DNA of 64,000 bases from Marsupella aquatica (Eukaryota > Plantae > Marchantiophyta): NCBI GenBank assembly GCA_973895155.1, contig OZ316896.1:23083722-23147721 (forward strand), written 5' to 3'. This document shows positions 1-11,744 of the stretch, one piece after another. The position numbers and the translations under genes were made by a program. The notes beneath the pieces were generated by a model. It had not been told where the DNA came from. It saw nothing but the letters and a program-made list of their open reading frames with translations, and searched no databases. Position 1 is the stretch's first letter, and every line of letters starts with the position of its first letter.

Positions 1-1
1 T

Positions 2-2282
2 TTGATCCAAAATCCAACAAATTTTAGCGCACCGTTTGTTCTTCATGTGGACCCAAGTGATTGCCCAACAGTCAAGGATTGGGACCAGTCTAAGTATATG
101 AACTGGAAGTATAGAGTGATTGGCGGGAATCATGGTGCACGGGCGAAGAATGAGTTGTTTGAACAATATGGGAAAAAGATCTTTGGAGAAGTTGAAGCAT
201 GGGTTTACGCTGGCCTCTCAAAACCTGAGTTTCGAAAATTGGGTTGGAAGCATAACATAGACCAGGAGTACAGGAAGACAATGACAAATACTGATAAACT
301 CAGGGCCTGTCATAATTTGTATTTGGAGTTCATGCAAACGAAGAAAAAAGATCTTCGATTTGCTTGTTGTGAGGAGTGTGGCCTTGTGTACAATCCGAAG
401 GATAGAGAGAGTGTTTCAAAATATGATCCAATGTTTCAAATTGCATTTCGGCACGGAGAAATATGGGATCTTACAGATACAATTTTGACAATGTGGTCAA
501 AGTTTGAGGTTCTTGGACAGGTGAAGGCAAAGTCTCCTGTAAAGCCTGCTCCTCCCAAGGGCAAAGGGAAATCAAGAGCAAGAGCAAAACCTGTATCCCG
601 AAAGTTGCACAAACTAGCAGGGGATATCAACTTCTTTCCATTCAGAGCACTTCAAGGTTTTGCAAATGAGGAGCAACAAAAGCGGTTATTGAGGAGGGTA
701 ATATCCAAAACTATAAGTCTTGATCAGATGCACCGTGAAGGAGAGCTCTTGAAAAAGCTCTTCAAGATAAGAAATTTGTTTCTCCAAATATCCGGTCAGC
801 CAGATTGGGCTACATGTTGATTCTTATTTCTTGAAGAAACTCAGGTTTCAGTTCTGACGACGTGGACGGAGAAGTTGAGCGACCAGGTAAAGGAGTTTTT
901 CATTACTTATATTGTTTTATATAGCTTGAAAGAGAGGAGCAATACCTTATCTGCTTCTCCATTGAATTATTTGTTATTTTCTTTCATTGTGGGTTCTAGA
1001 GTGGAACCCAATACGGATGTTATTTTTTTTAGATTGAAAAAGGAGATACTGGTATCTACTTCTCCATTGTGGGGTCCTGATTGAATCCCACTACCGGTAT
1101 CATTTTTTGGAGTTTGAAAGAGAGTAGTGATACTGGTATCTGCTTCTCCATTGACTTTTGTGAAGCCTTGCAGCTCAAAGCATACTCCAAAAGGAAAGTG
1201 ATACCTGTGGAGTAGACCAAGGTTCAGCCGGCAAAGCAGATCGAACTCCCGGCTAAAGACATTCCACATTCTTTCCAGAATTTTGTACTTGGAGCGATTG
1301 AGAAATACAACCGGCAACAGAACATCGCATCTGTTGAGATTGTTTCAACAGATTACACCTGGAAGAACGCTGACGGGGATTCTTTCCCTTATTCATTGCA
1401 TCTTGGAGATGTTCATCGTTTGGAGGGGTTCTTGAAACCCCAAAATTATACTTTCGCTGTTGCTGATGTACCATATGGTTTTAATGCCCCCGGGTCTGAG
1501 TTTGATGAAGTTCCTTTTTCAGAACAGGATGTCGTCGAGATGGTCACCTCTTTTTCCAAGGTGACAACAGCAAAGATTTGGAGATTCGTTGTGATGCATT
1601 CTCTTCAACAAGCTAACATGGTGATGCATGCACTTGAAAAAGTTTGCAACTGTGGAGTGGAAGCTGGAATATTGCAAAAGACAAATATTCATCAACATCC
1701 ATCTGGCCCAAGATTAGCTTGGGCCTTTGAGAATTGGACCATTGGGTACTACTCGGAGGAAGGAATTTGAAAAAAAGATATGTACAATTTTGAGCCAATT
1801 CAACGGATTTGAGGGTTAACATCATCAGTATCCCTTGTGTCACAACAAAAGCCCTAACACCACTGGGGTTTATTGTTAACCCTTATCAGAAGCCAGTTGG
1901 AGTGTCTGATTGGTTTGTGAATTATTTTAGCAACAAGGGAGATTGGGTGGCAGACTTGTGCTGCGGGACAGGGGCAACTTTGGTCGCGGCCCTTTTGAAT
2001 TCTCGCAACGGATGCACGGTGGATAAGAGCTCTACTCAAATTGAGTATGTCAAAAGTTGAATCATGACTTTGGACTCTGCTTGGAGTCTATTTGACAAAG
2101 CCTCAATTGTCGGAGATGGAGAAAGCTCTAAGGAGGTTCAACCTCCCATTGGCGGTGAGCTAGGTTTGATTGGAACGGATGCTTATGTAAACGAGTCGCC
2201 AAGGGAAGATGAAACTGAAAATGAAGAGCAGCTTCCGCAGACGCCCAACGATGAGGATCTTAATGAAATGTTGTTAGATTAG
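2..2282 (+). pseudogene. ParB-like N-terminal domain fused to a beta-class N6-adenine/N4-cytosine DNA methyltransferase; 5'-truncated by the window, disrupted
   Basis: ParB/Srx-like motif YRVIGGNHGARA...VEAWVYAGLS...LGWKHN. A phase-0 GT-AG intron at 887-1173 joins the frames. MTase motifs occur in beta order: LHLGDV, ADVPYG (DPPY-like motif IV), NPYQKP (HPTQKP-like), GDWVADLCCGTGAT (motif I), TVDKS. In-frame stops at 818, ~1213, 1768 and 2058, and a frameshift near 1790-1810. Confidence 0.75.
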
Positions 2283-3379
2283 CTAAATAAAACATTATGT
2301 AATATGCCACTCTTAGTTGTCATTATTAGAGCTACATGGGATTTGTACTTAGTAAATAGTAAATCTGATACCAGTATCTGGAATATCATTTGTAGCTTTA
2401 TATTAGTATGTACACTTTCTAGATGATAAATACTACTTGTGATACCAGTATTGGAAATCATATTCCAAACGGAGAAGGAATCAAATAGAACCCAAACTGC
2501 ACTTTGGATGTCTATTCTAAACTGATGTGGGACTGTTTTCTGTCGAGTGAAATAGTGCGACACTTTCTATGCAACTCAAACTTCAGTAGTTCATCAAGAA
2601 AATTCAGGGTGATTACTAAATGTGAACTTGTGTAAATTGTCTAGACAACTTCTGTGCAATGGATCATTATATCCAAAGCACAGAGGTTGTCAAGACAGTC
2701 TACATGAGTTATGTTTACATTTTTACAAGAGGGCAGTTGGTTTGTTAGTCAACAACCATCAAACTGATATGTGCAAGGCACAAAACAATAAAAAATACAA
2801 TGGAAACTATAAAATTGACGATGTTTGTACCTCAGATGATTTTAAACGTCTGAGGTAACTTCATCATCGATGCTATTCAAAGTATCATTATGCGATGCAA
2901 TACTATGAATATGACCCCATTTTGGGTTTGCTCTAAACAGCTCCGAAAGCATACCTTCTCGAGATTGCGAATGCAATATCCAGTCCATTAATATTCGTGA
3001 ACTCGATCTTGCATTCAATCTCATGAAGGCAAGCTTTCGGAACAAAGTAACCACATTTAGTGGCTTGAAGGTGGCTTGTTTGTCATTTGGTAAGTTATTG
3101 TTTCTATACACGGTTTATATGGCAATCGGTACACAACAAAGCGAGGAGCGATACTGGTATCGTATCTGGTTTTTGTAGACAATCATCTTTTTACATGTGT
3201 GAGAGATACTAATTTTGCTCGACGGAAATTTATTTTCACTATAAGGTATTGGTACACATTCGACACTAAAATACATTACCATTCAACAATATGTCCAAAA
3301 AAAAGCTGCTTCTTTATAATAAAATACTATTTACGATACCAATATCAAAAACCACATTTGTTACAACTACAAAATTTCT

Positions 3380-6300
3380 TCAAGCTGTACAATCATCTAG
3401 CATGGCTGCCTGAATAATTCTTCGTGTTTTTGCTGGCAAGGTGTTGTCTGCATTCAAAGAAAAATTGTAGGCATAAATTGCAGTTTCAGAAAGGCAGATC
3501 TCTCCATGCAGAGCTTTGTTTGATGATGCTTCCTTCTCAGGATAATATTTTCCTTCAATTGTTGACAACTCCTCAGAATCCATCGTGTACCATGTGATAC
3601 CAATATTGTCAGGCACTTCATCAACCTTGGTCAGTATTTTGGTAACCTTTGCCAGCCAAAAAGGCCTCCCATTTTGATCTGCATGGGCTGCAACACAAAT
3701 CATTGAATATTTGTTATTTACTTCAAGATCTTTAAAATCTCCTACCTCGGAAATCCTCTTCCGAGCTCCAGAGTACATGGCCTTCTCTGGACCTGCAATT
3801 TTCTCAATGAGATCAGGTTCAATTGTAGGCGCCCTCCCATCCATCACTAGGGTCTCTCGATGCTCGTTTGATTTTGGCCAGACCCAATCAAACATCCACT
3901 GTGCTGGCTTTAGGTGATTTTGGATGACATCTTCCTGTTTGTCAAAGAAATTTAGCCACCACAACTTATCCTTGTCGTCAAAATAATTGAATCCCTCCTC
4001 AATCGCTTTCCGATATTTCTCCAATGTTTCTCTTTCTACTTCACCAGTAGCATCTGCTCCATCCCCTCCATTGGTGCTTTTCAACGCCATTTGAGGTACG
4101 TGCAACCCAGAATGTGGTTGTTGGGATGTAATTCACAAACTCCACGGGATCACCCCAACTTGGGGTTGTTGAAATGTGTTTGGCATGAAACAAAACTTTT
4201 GGAATTCCATTTTCCCCAATCACACGTTTTATTCGGAATTGCTTTTGAAAACTGATCTGATGAAGTGGTTGCAAAACATGCCCGGTTGCCCCAGTCCTGT
4301 TGGGGGTTGATCTTTATCGCTCACACGAAAATCCACTGTTTCTTCTACAAATATTATCTCAGCTTTGGGATTGTACGAACCCTGTATAATGTCAACAAGA
4401 GTATCCACTCAGAAAGCTTTGCGTTTGTTCAGTTTTGAGGAAAATTTGCTGAACATTTGGTCTATCTGATCATGTGTGTGGCCAACCAGCAGAAATCCAA
4501 CCTTGATCTTCTGGAAAACCCCCAACTCTACAAGCATATTTAAGTAAGCAAACAAGAATTTATTCTTGTTCTCCCGAGCAGTGTTATCCAACTGTAAATA
4601 TAGCACCGGAGGTAGCACTCCCTCCCAAGTATTCAAAATATTCTGAATAACATGGATTGTAAGGTTAGAGTCATTGTGAATATTAGGGTAATTGAGATAT
4701 ACCTTGGCCTTCAACTGACCATTGAATATCAAACTGCCCACCACATGAACAGAAATAAAATATTTCTCATCCATGTTTTTTGGACATCTGGTGAAGTGCG
4801 GTAACTCCGTCTTCTTTTGGTCCATCCCATCAATACATATCCCCAAGTACTTTTCGGGGTGCTTGTAACATTTATTCCGGTGCTTTGCTAATTTCTCCCG
4901 CTTGACTCCTTGCGCTATACGATGCTTTTTCAACAACATAGCATACTTACCTGAGCAATATCAAATTGGTAACAAAGTTATTATAAAAAAATTATTGCAA
5001 CACTAGACTGCTGGTCTATTGGCATTTTGAGGTGTGTGGCAAAAACCATCTTCCAATGCCAAGACCTATAAATTTATAGGTTTTGGTATTCTAAGTTCAA
5101 TAACACATCCAATTCCAATTCATATGGATAAAACAAAAACTTACTTTTCTTTGATTCGAGCGTAGCTTTGTCACGGAGAGCTTTGAATTCTGTGCATGGA
5201 CCGCAAGTCGAAAAATGACTTCTTTTTGGAATACGAACTCAAGGAAAATGTTGCTTCCATGTCCGACAGAACCAAGAATATGTAACCCCTTGTTCTTGGC
5301 GCAACAGAGTTTCAGTTCGGAAGGCATCAAAGACTTCAGCTTTCGTCCAATTGTCAGGCAAATGAAAAATTTCCTTATTGGGAAGTCTTTCAACGTTACT
5401 CCTAAAAAAATCATTTAACCACTCTATTAAAGTAAGATGAGTGGAGGATTTTTTTCTACAAAATACATTGTTCTCGATACAAGAGAACATATTTTGGGTT
5501 ATCCTTTGAAGGCGATTATTTCCAATTGAAAATAATTTCTTAAAACCTTCTCGACAAAAAGAGTTTCCAGACACACTATACTCGCATGACCCACTCTGGT
5601 TATTCCTAACGCATCCTCTTAGAAGTATATTCTTCTCTCCACGGGTCAGGCCAAAATAATAGGTACGCTCTTTCGTTACTTCAAGTAAACCGAAAGTCCT
5701 CAAACACATATTGTCACAACATGGATACTTGAACACTTCTTTCATTTTTCTCCTCTTTAAATTCTAACTTGTAACAGTGTCTTTCTTGGCTATCCTATCC
5801 CTATGTTTCTTACTAGGGACTTTCAGTTTCACCCTATCCTGAAATTCCCTTGTTGAATCATCACTTCCACGGTCTTCACAAACCTCTTCGATGACGTCCT
5901 CATTGTCAGTGTTTGGCTCACTGAAAAGGTGGCTATAGCTACTCTGTGGCTCATTGCCTCCATCATCAGCTTCTAAACATTCTGACACAACTTGTGCAAT
6001 TACTTCGGACTCTCTATCGTGTACAGAGACATCTTCCAGACTTTCTTCATCACTGGAATCATCAGAAGATTCAAAACATACAATTGGAGTTCTGGGTTCT
6101 CTAAACTTGACTCGAACTATTGCATTACGAGAAATACCTACCCTAGGTAACCCATACCTTCTAACTAGAAATCTTGAAATAGTACCCGTCTGAACTGGCG
6201 TTGTCTGTGGACTATTCTCTTTAGGACCATTATCCTCATTTGGACAAGATTCAAAAAGTCTCTGCATACACTTTCCTCAAAGCATTCAAGATTGAGCGGA

Positions 6301-6817
6301 GATAGGACTTTGGAGTCCCATGAAAGCCACCCTATCAGTGGATGTCCGCCCCAACACTGGCAATGCTCAAGGCAATACGTGTATCACCTTTGGTATTCGC
6401 GACTCTGTTGGCTCTCGAAAAATCCTCCTTTGCACCTGAGAGCTAGTGCTCATTGAATTTCTCGGATCCAATCCTGACGCCGATACCCGTATCGTTCTTC
6501 GGATTCCTTCTCCATATCCAGGAATGGATGGTTTATAACAGCGTCGAGCTCCCAAACCTAGTATTGAAAGTTTCTCTATTCCTGGTCGAGGAACACTCAG
6601 TAGACGTCGTTTATTTGGCTTACTAAGTAGGGGAGACATAATAAGACCCTATCTCTGGCGTAGAACCACCGTCTGAGTCTGAACCGGAATCCAAGAGTTC
6701 GGGTATGACACGGTGGGACGGGGAAAGCTTCTTCAAGATATGAGAAGGTAGAAATCTTGTTCGAACATTAGGAGATGACTCCATAGAACTCTCTTGGGAA
6801 TCAGATGTATGAGACAT
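3380..6817 (-). pseudogene. DDD/E transposase, Sola-like / DUF7869-type, with one intron, frameshifts and stops
   Basis: Fragments 6623-6817, 6367-6639, 5764-6267, 5239-5745, 4409-4939 and 3380-4105 lie in order on one strand. Motifs: CCDNMC, FCREGFKKLFSIG, FSTCGPC, ICIDGMDQKK, LYLQLDNTARENKN, FLLVGHTHDQIDQMFS. GT-AG intron at 4951-5144 (minus). Confidence 0.8.
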
Positions 6818-6982
6818 GATGAATCAAAAACTCTATGGCAGTTCACATTCGTCTCTTGAACCTAGTGTTGCAAAGCTTGTCTCATGAACTTAGGGAAGAG
6901 AGATAGGGAGCAGAGAGATCTAGACAGCGAAAATGACTCCCGACCTCTAATGGAATGAAGTCCGATAACTTGAGCGTCCGCA

Positions 6983-7030
6983 CTTTTATAGTCACGGCGG
7001 CAGAAGATTTACGTGGCAATTTTTGATTGG
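6983..7030 (-). promoter_or_regulatory. Putative TATA and CCAAT boxes of the transposase gene
   Basis: TATAAAAG (6983-6990) and CCAATC (~7025-7030) on the minus strand, about 170-210 bp upstream of the ATG at 6817. Confidence 0.4.
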
Positions 7031-7550
7031 CTCCCGCTAAACGACAAAATAGTCCAGAGTCGGGCCTCCATAATTGGTCCCTGTATCTGAGTTTGGAATT
7101 GATGTTTGAATTTGAGCAACATTTAAATTAAGGTGGTCAAAAAGGTGAATGGCAATACCAGTATCGCTGTTTGCATTGGAGTCATTTAAATGTGATCCTG
7201 GAGGACGACAAATACCGGTATTGTTATGTCGTTTCTATCATAAAATGGGATACCGGTATGGGAATAGTTTAGTTTTCTTGATCTGTTTTCCTTGTAACCA
7301 AAAGTTCTATTTTCAAAATCTAACGAAAATGGAAATATTTATGGGTTCTATTGTCGCAATGAAAATGTTTGAAGTTAGTGAGGATATTGAAATTCACAAT
7401 TTGGGATGAAGCCAACATTCCTCGCGAAGTTGGGAACGATACGAATTAGTCGGTTTTGCAAAAATCATTGATTTTGCAAGAAATGTGTCGCGCACATTGT
7501 GAAAATTGGCGAAAATCGATCGAAATTGAAAACACCCTTCTCCATTAGGC

Positions 7551-7582
7551 GTCACACTTCTCGTTTGGTCCGTCACAGTGTT
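7551..7582. repeat. Right terminal inverted repeat of the MTase-carrying transposon
   Basis: Matches 11501-11532 directly at 29 of 32 positions, and matches 10236-10267 as a reverse complement. Confidence 0.8.
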
Positions 7583-7659
7583 GGTTCCAAATCCAGGCAA
7601 AGAAAATGTACCTTCATTTAGGGGAATTTCAACAAAAGTACAGGAGGATGCACGACAAC

Positions 7660-8348
7660 GGTTGTTGACTGGCAAGAACATGGTATGATTACACATTCCG
7701 TCGGTTCAAGATGTTCTTCGTTTAAAGTAATAGATTTGTTTAAAGTACGATTCATTTGTGTATAATGAGGTGGAGGTAGAACATAATGGTCTTAAGGTTT
7801 CATGATCTGCCCATTTTATATATATGTTCAGGAAAACAAGGTAGAAGTTCCGTGCGCGCAAGGAACTAGGAGCAGATTAAGTGGCAAATCACACGTTGCT
7901 GAAGACTCAAACATAGTAAGTACATATATAGTTCAGCCGCACTACGCAAACATATATAAAAATCCTGTTCAACATCATATGCTATGTAAGTTGTTTTCAG
8001 ATGTGAGGGGCCGTTGTTGTGCTTTTAAACATCCACCCTATCTTTCTGAAACTTTTGCAGGACTTTGACACACTCACTAAAGACGCCAAATTAGTGGTCT
8101 GCATGAGAGCCATGGGATTGATGAAGACATGCGAAGTGGATGCCAAGCTGCGCATGTTTGTTGCAGATACAAACAAGCGATCAAAGACTTCCCCCAAACC
8201 ATTCACCAAACATGCTCAAAAGACTGCGTCTGAGTTATTAGACATGGTGGCCAGGTGGGCTCTAGAGCAGAACAGAGTAATCATTAGAGATCTACCGGTT
8301 CTCAATGCGAAAGGCAAGCAAAGGATCTTCCCCAAGAATGCTGTATAG
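7660..8348 (+). pseudogene. Possible spliced 3' remnant of an unidentified (TE-associated?) gene
   Basis: Splice-like signals (GTTCAG| ~7831, |GTAAGT ~7916, TTTGCAG| ~8060) and an open 8019-8348 ORF with protein-like composition. No family recognised. Confidence 0.25.
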
Positions 8349-8689
8349 AATGTTGCTGAAGACTGAGGTAGTCAGATACCTAGAACATTGTCTGGTGAAG
8401 GGGCTTGGGGTTTATATATGTCTAGTTTTGTGACTCGTGCACGCGCTCCTAAATAATCAAACATTGTCACATCTGTATGTCTGTCAATTTGAATGAAGTA
8501 ACCCCAAGTATCCATGAATTTTTCCACGGATCCACCTCCCATGTACGCCTCCAATAACACTACATCCCCGGAATACCTTCAAAATACCGGCACACAAGAT
8601 CCACGGATGGCACACAGTGGACCCCTGGATGCCTCCAATCTGCGCACATCCGACAAATAACATCAGAATACCTCAGAAATACCCCCTCC

Positions 8690-9760
8690 CAAGTCAAAAT
8701 ACCCCAGCAATACCCCATCGCAATTAGGACTTTCACCATCCTCACGGGGGGTAGTTGGATGGTTGCGATGATGCACATCATCCTCCAATACATCCATGGA
8801 CGCCACATCATACACCTCCACGCCTGCAATTGGAGCACATCCGTCTGAATACACAAGCAATACCCTCACACGTAGGACTTTCACCATCCTCACGGGGGGA
8901 AATTGGATGGTTGCGATGCACATCATCCTCCAATACATCCACGGACACCACAGCCTACTGACACCTGTACGCCTTCAATTGGAGCGCATCCGTCACAATA
9001 CCATAGCAATACCCCCTCGCAAGTAGGACTTTCACCATTCCTGGGGGGGGGGGGGGGGAATTTGATGGTTGCGATGCACTTTTCCTCCAATACATCCACG
9101 GATGCCACAGCCTACACCTGCACGCCTTCAATTGGAGCACATCCGTCACAATACCCCAGCAATACCCCCTCGCAAGTAGGACTTTCACCATCCTTGCGGG
9201 GGGAACTTGGATGGTTGCGATGCACATCATCCTCCAATACATCCACGGACGCCACAGTCTACACCTGTACGCCTTCAATTGGAGCACATCCGTCACAATA
9301 CCCCAGCAATACACCCTCGCAAGTAGGACTTTCACCATCCTCGCGGGGGCAATTGGATGGTTGCGATGCACATCATCCTTCAATACATCCACGGATGCCA
9401 CAGCCTACACCTGCACGCCTTCAATTGGAGCACATCTGTCACAATACCTCAGCAATACCCAATTGCAAGTAGGACTTTCACCATCCTCGCGGGGGGAAAT
9501 TGGATGGTTGCGATGCACATCATCCTCCAATACATCCACGGACCCCATAGCCTACACCTGTACACCTTCAATTGGAGCACATCCGTCATAATACCTTAGC
9601 AATACCCCCTCGCAAGTAGGACTTTCACCATCCTCGCAGGGGGAAATTGGATGGTTGCGATGCACATCATCCTCCAATACATCCACGGACGCCACAGCCT
9701 ACACCTGCACGCCTGCAATTGGAGCCATCCGTCAGAATAGCCCAACAATACCCCCTCACA
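8690..9760. repeat. Tandem repeat (minisatellite), ~147-bp unit, ~7 copies
   Basis: Marker GTAGGACTTTCACCATCC recurs at ~8724, 8872, 9023, 9176, 9323, 9469 and 9616. Confidence 0.9.
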
Positions 9761-10063
9761 AGTGGGTGGTTGTACGTAGCTAAATTCCCCGGAGACACGT
9801 AGGGGAGAGGTCAAAATACTCAGAGTGTGATATACCCTGGTACCTGTGGGCTTCAGTAGGTAATTTGGGTGCATTACCCCAAGATGGCCGGAATACCTAC
9901 TTCTTTGTTATCAAACAATGAATTACCGGGGGAATGTTGGGAAATACCCTGCACCCAAACCATGCATATCCTCCTTGTGAGCTCTAGCTTGAGTTGCAGC
10001 GACGTCGAATCAAAGGGTGGTGACAATGAGGGCGGATGGAGTGAAGGAGATGACTGCGACTAT

Positions 10064-10120
10064 GGGATTGAACCGGGGATCTCTCGGTTCCAGGCTTATC
10101 GTCTAACCAACCAAAGTTGC
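10064..10120 (-). repeat. tRNA-derived (SINE-head-like) sequence
   Basis: Minus strand reads TGGTTGGTTAGACG...CCCGGTTCAATCCC, with A-box- and B-box-like motifs. No clean cloverleaf. Confidence 0.45.
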
Positions 10121-10235
10121 TTAATTTAGTCTTTCTTTTCTGCAGCTCAAGGCTTCATCTTCCGAGAGAGAGAGTACTCAACTCAGCTTAGTTAGTGTAA
10201 AGGCCCTTAGATATTCTACTCTTAGAGACAACACC

Positions 10236-11532
10236 AACAAAGTGATGAACCAAACGAGAAGTATGACCACCAAATGAGAAGTGTGTTTTTGATTTCCCAA
10301 AAAATGGCAAAAAATGACAAAAATTAATATCAAAAATGCTATTTTCAGGATGAATCCAGAATTTCATCCAACATTGGATTTCAAGTTGAGATATTGTCGA
10401 CCCAAAAACAAACAATTGTCACAATCCAGAATTTCGAGACACTTCACTTGTAAAAAGGGCAAAAACCCAAAACCTGGAAAACAGTGCTTTTCACGTCATC
10501 CCTTGACTTTGTTTTTGACCATAGTTGGATAAGGCGTATCCAAAGCTGATAAGGTGTATCCCCACGGCCTCTTATTAAACCAAATATATTTCATGGAGCA
10601 GATGGGGTTGATTCAAGGGTAGAATCCCAAAAACTCATCATTCATCCAAAAATGTGCTACAAAATAAAGTTCATATTCTTGAAAAGTATCTTTACAAAGA
10701 GCCCAAGATCATGAGCAGACCAAAACATGAACGGAAGCACAGGAATGAAGCTAACTCTAAGCTTCACGATACATATCCACGAGCCTTGCTTGCTGATCTT
10801 TCTCAAGATTGTGCCAGTCTTCTTGAAATCAACTTAGTTCAGACCTTGAAAATAAACCCAAAGAAATCGATTGGTGAAAGATTTGGGGTTTCCATCCTAA
10901 AAAACCAACATGAACATTCTGAAGGGGTTCTCCTTCGGGAATGTTTGTCAGCATTTCATTTACTTCCTCAAACTGGCTTCTTTCTAGTCTAAACATACCC
11001 CAGACTCGTGTACAAATTACGAGCTGGTTCCATTTCTTTGAGAATGATGCATGGACCAAGCCACACCATTGTTTTTAATTGCTTCAATCTTTCCTCAGCT
11101 GAGATCTTGGAGGAATCAAATTCATCCTCTATGCAACAAACTTTCAAAATGGGCCACATGAAAGTTTCAACGATCTCATCAGAAAGTCCATCCAAAAGCA
11201 ATCTGGATTCCCTTCCCAAATTTCATCGCAGTTGGTTAAAAGTTACCATTGAAAAGAATCATATGGGAATATTCTTAAAAGGTAAATCGATCTCAAAACT
11301 TTTACTACGTTTAATTTTTGTTTTTTTAGAATTCCGCGGTGGGATCCGAAATGGGATACGCTGTATCACTGGTTCGTATTCAAGTCAATTTTCCCATTTT
11401 TTAAAATCTAAAAACTAGTTTCTTGAGGGAATACCAATTCCGCATCCAGGACCTTTTTGCCTTAGACATTTTTTCCGTCGCGGGAAAAATGAGAAGTGTG
11501 GTCACACTTCACGTTTGGTCTGTCACTGTGTT
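10236..11532. mobile_element. Non-autonomous ~1.3-kb derivative of the Sola-like element, 4-bp TSD CACC
   Basis: TIRs AACAAAGTGATGAACCAAACGAGAAGTATGAC (10236-10267) and GTCACACTTCACGTTTGGTCTGTCACTGTGTT (11501-11532). CACC at 10232-10235 and 11533-11536. The empty site is visible in the paralogous repeat at ~25130-25150. Confidence 0.8.
10829..11219 (-). pseudogene. F-box-like gene fragment inside the 1.3-kb element
   Basis: LLLDGLSDEIVETFMWPIL followed, after a frameshift, by SFSKKWNQLV..W. This resembles the plant F-box consensus LPGLPDEI...WP.L....VSK.W..L. Confidence 0.4.
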
Positions 11533-11542
11533 CACCTATCTT

Positions 11543-11744
11543 CCCTAGGCCCTCACTCTATGTAAAAGAAGTGGACGCCCTGCGATCGGGCACTTTTCTT
11601 GTTTACCCCTTGTTATTTCCATTTTACTATTAAAAGTTCCCTTATTACCGGTAATAATTATAATTATTAGTTCAAAATGAATAAAAATTACCCTTCGAGC
11701 GTTTGCACGTCCTCCACGTATTAGTTAAGACTGAGGGCCCAGGG
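11543..11744. mobile_element. 202-bp MITE with 8-bp TSD (hAT/P-type signature)
   Basis: TIRs CCCTAGGCCCTCACTC / GACTGAGGGCCCAGGG (14 of 16 match). TSD CCTATCTT at 11535-11542 and 11745-11752. Confidence 0.85.

Larger units (their letters stand above)
1..7582. mobile_element. TIR DNA transposon (Sola-like/DUF7869-type transposase) carrying a ParB-like/DNA amino-methyltransferase cargo gene; left end lies outside the window
   Basis: Contains a transposase pseudogene (3380-6817, minus) and a methyltransferase pseudogene (2-2282, plus). The right end GTCACACTTCTCGTTTGGTCCGTCACAGTGTT (7551-7582) matches the TIRs of the TSD-flanked element at 10236-11532. Confidence 0.75.

Noticed and set aside
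8690-9760. CRISPR-like array
   Set aside because: Whole units repeat with no unique spacers, there are no cas genes, and the context is eukaryotic.
8560-9874. Multiple overlapping ORFs with repeated peptides
   Set aside because: Artefacts of the 147-bp tandem repeat; no domain signal.
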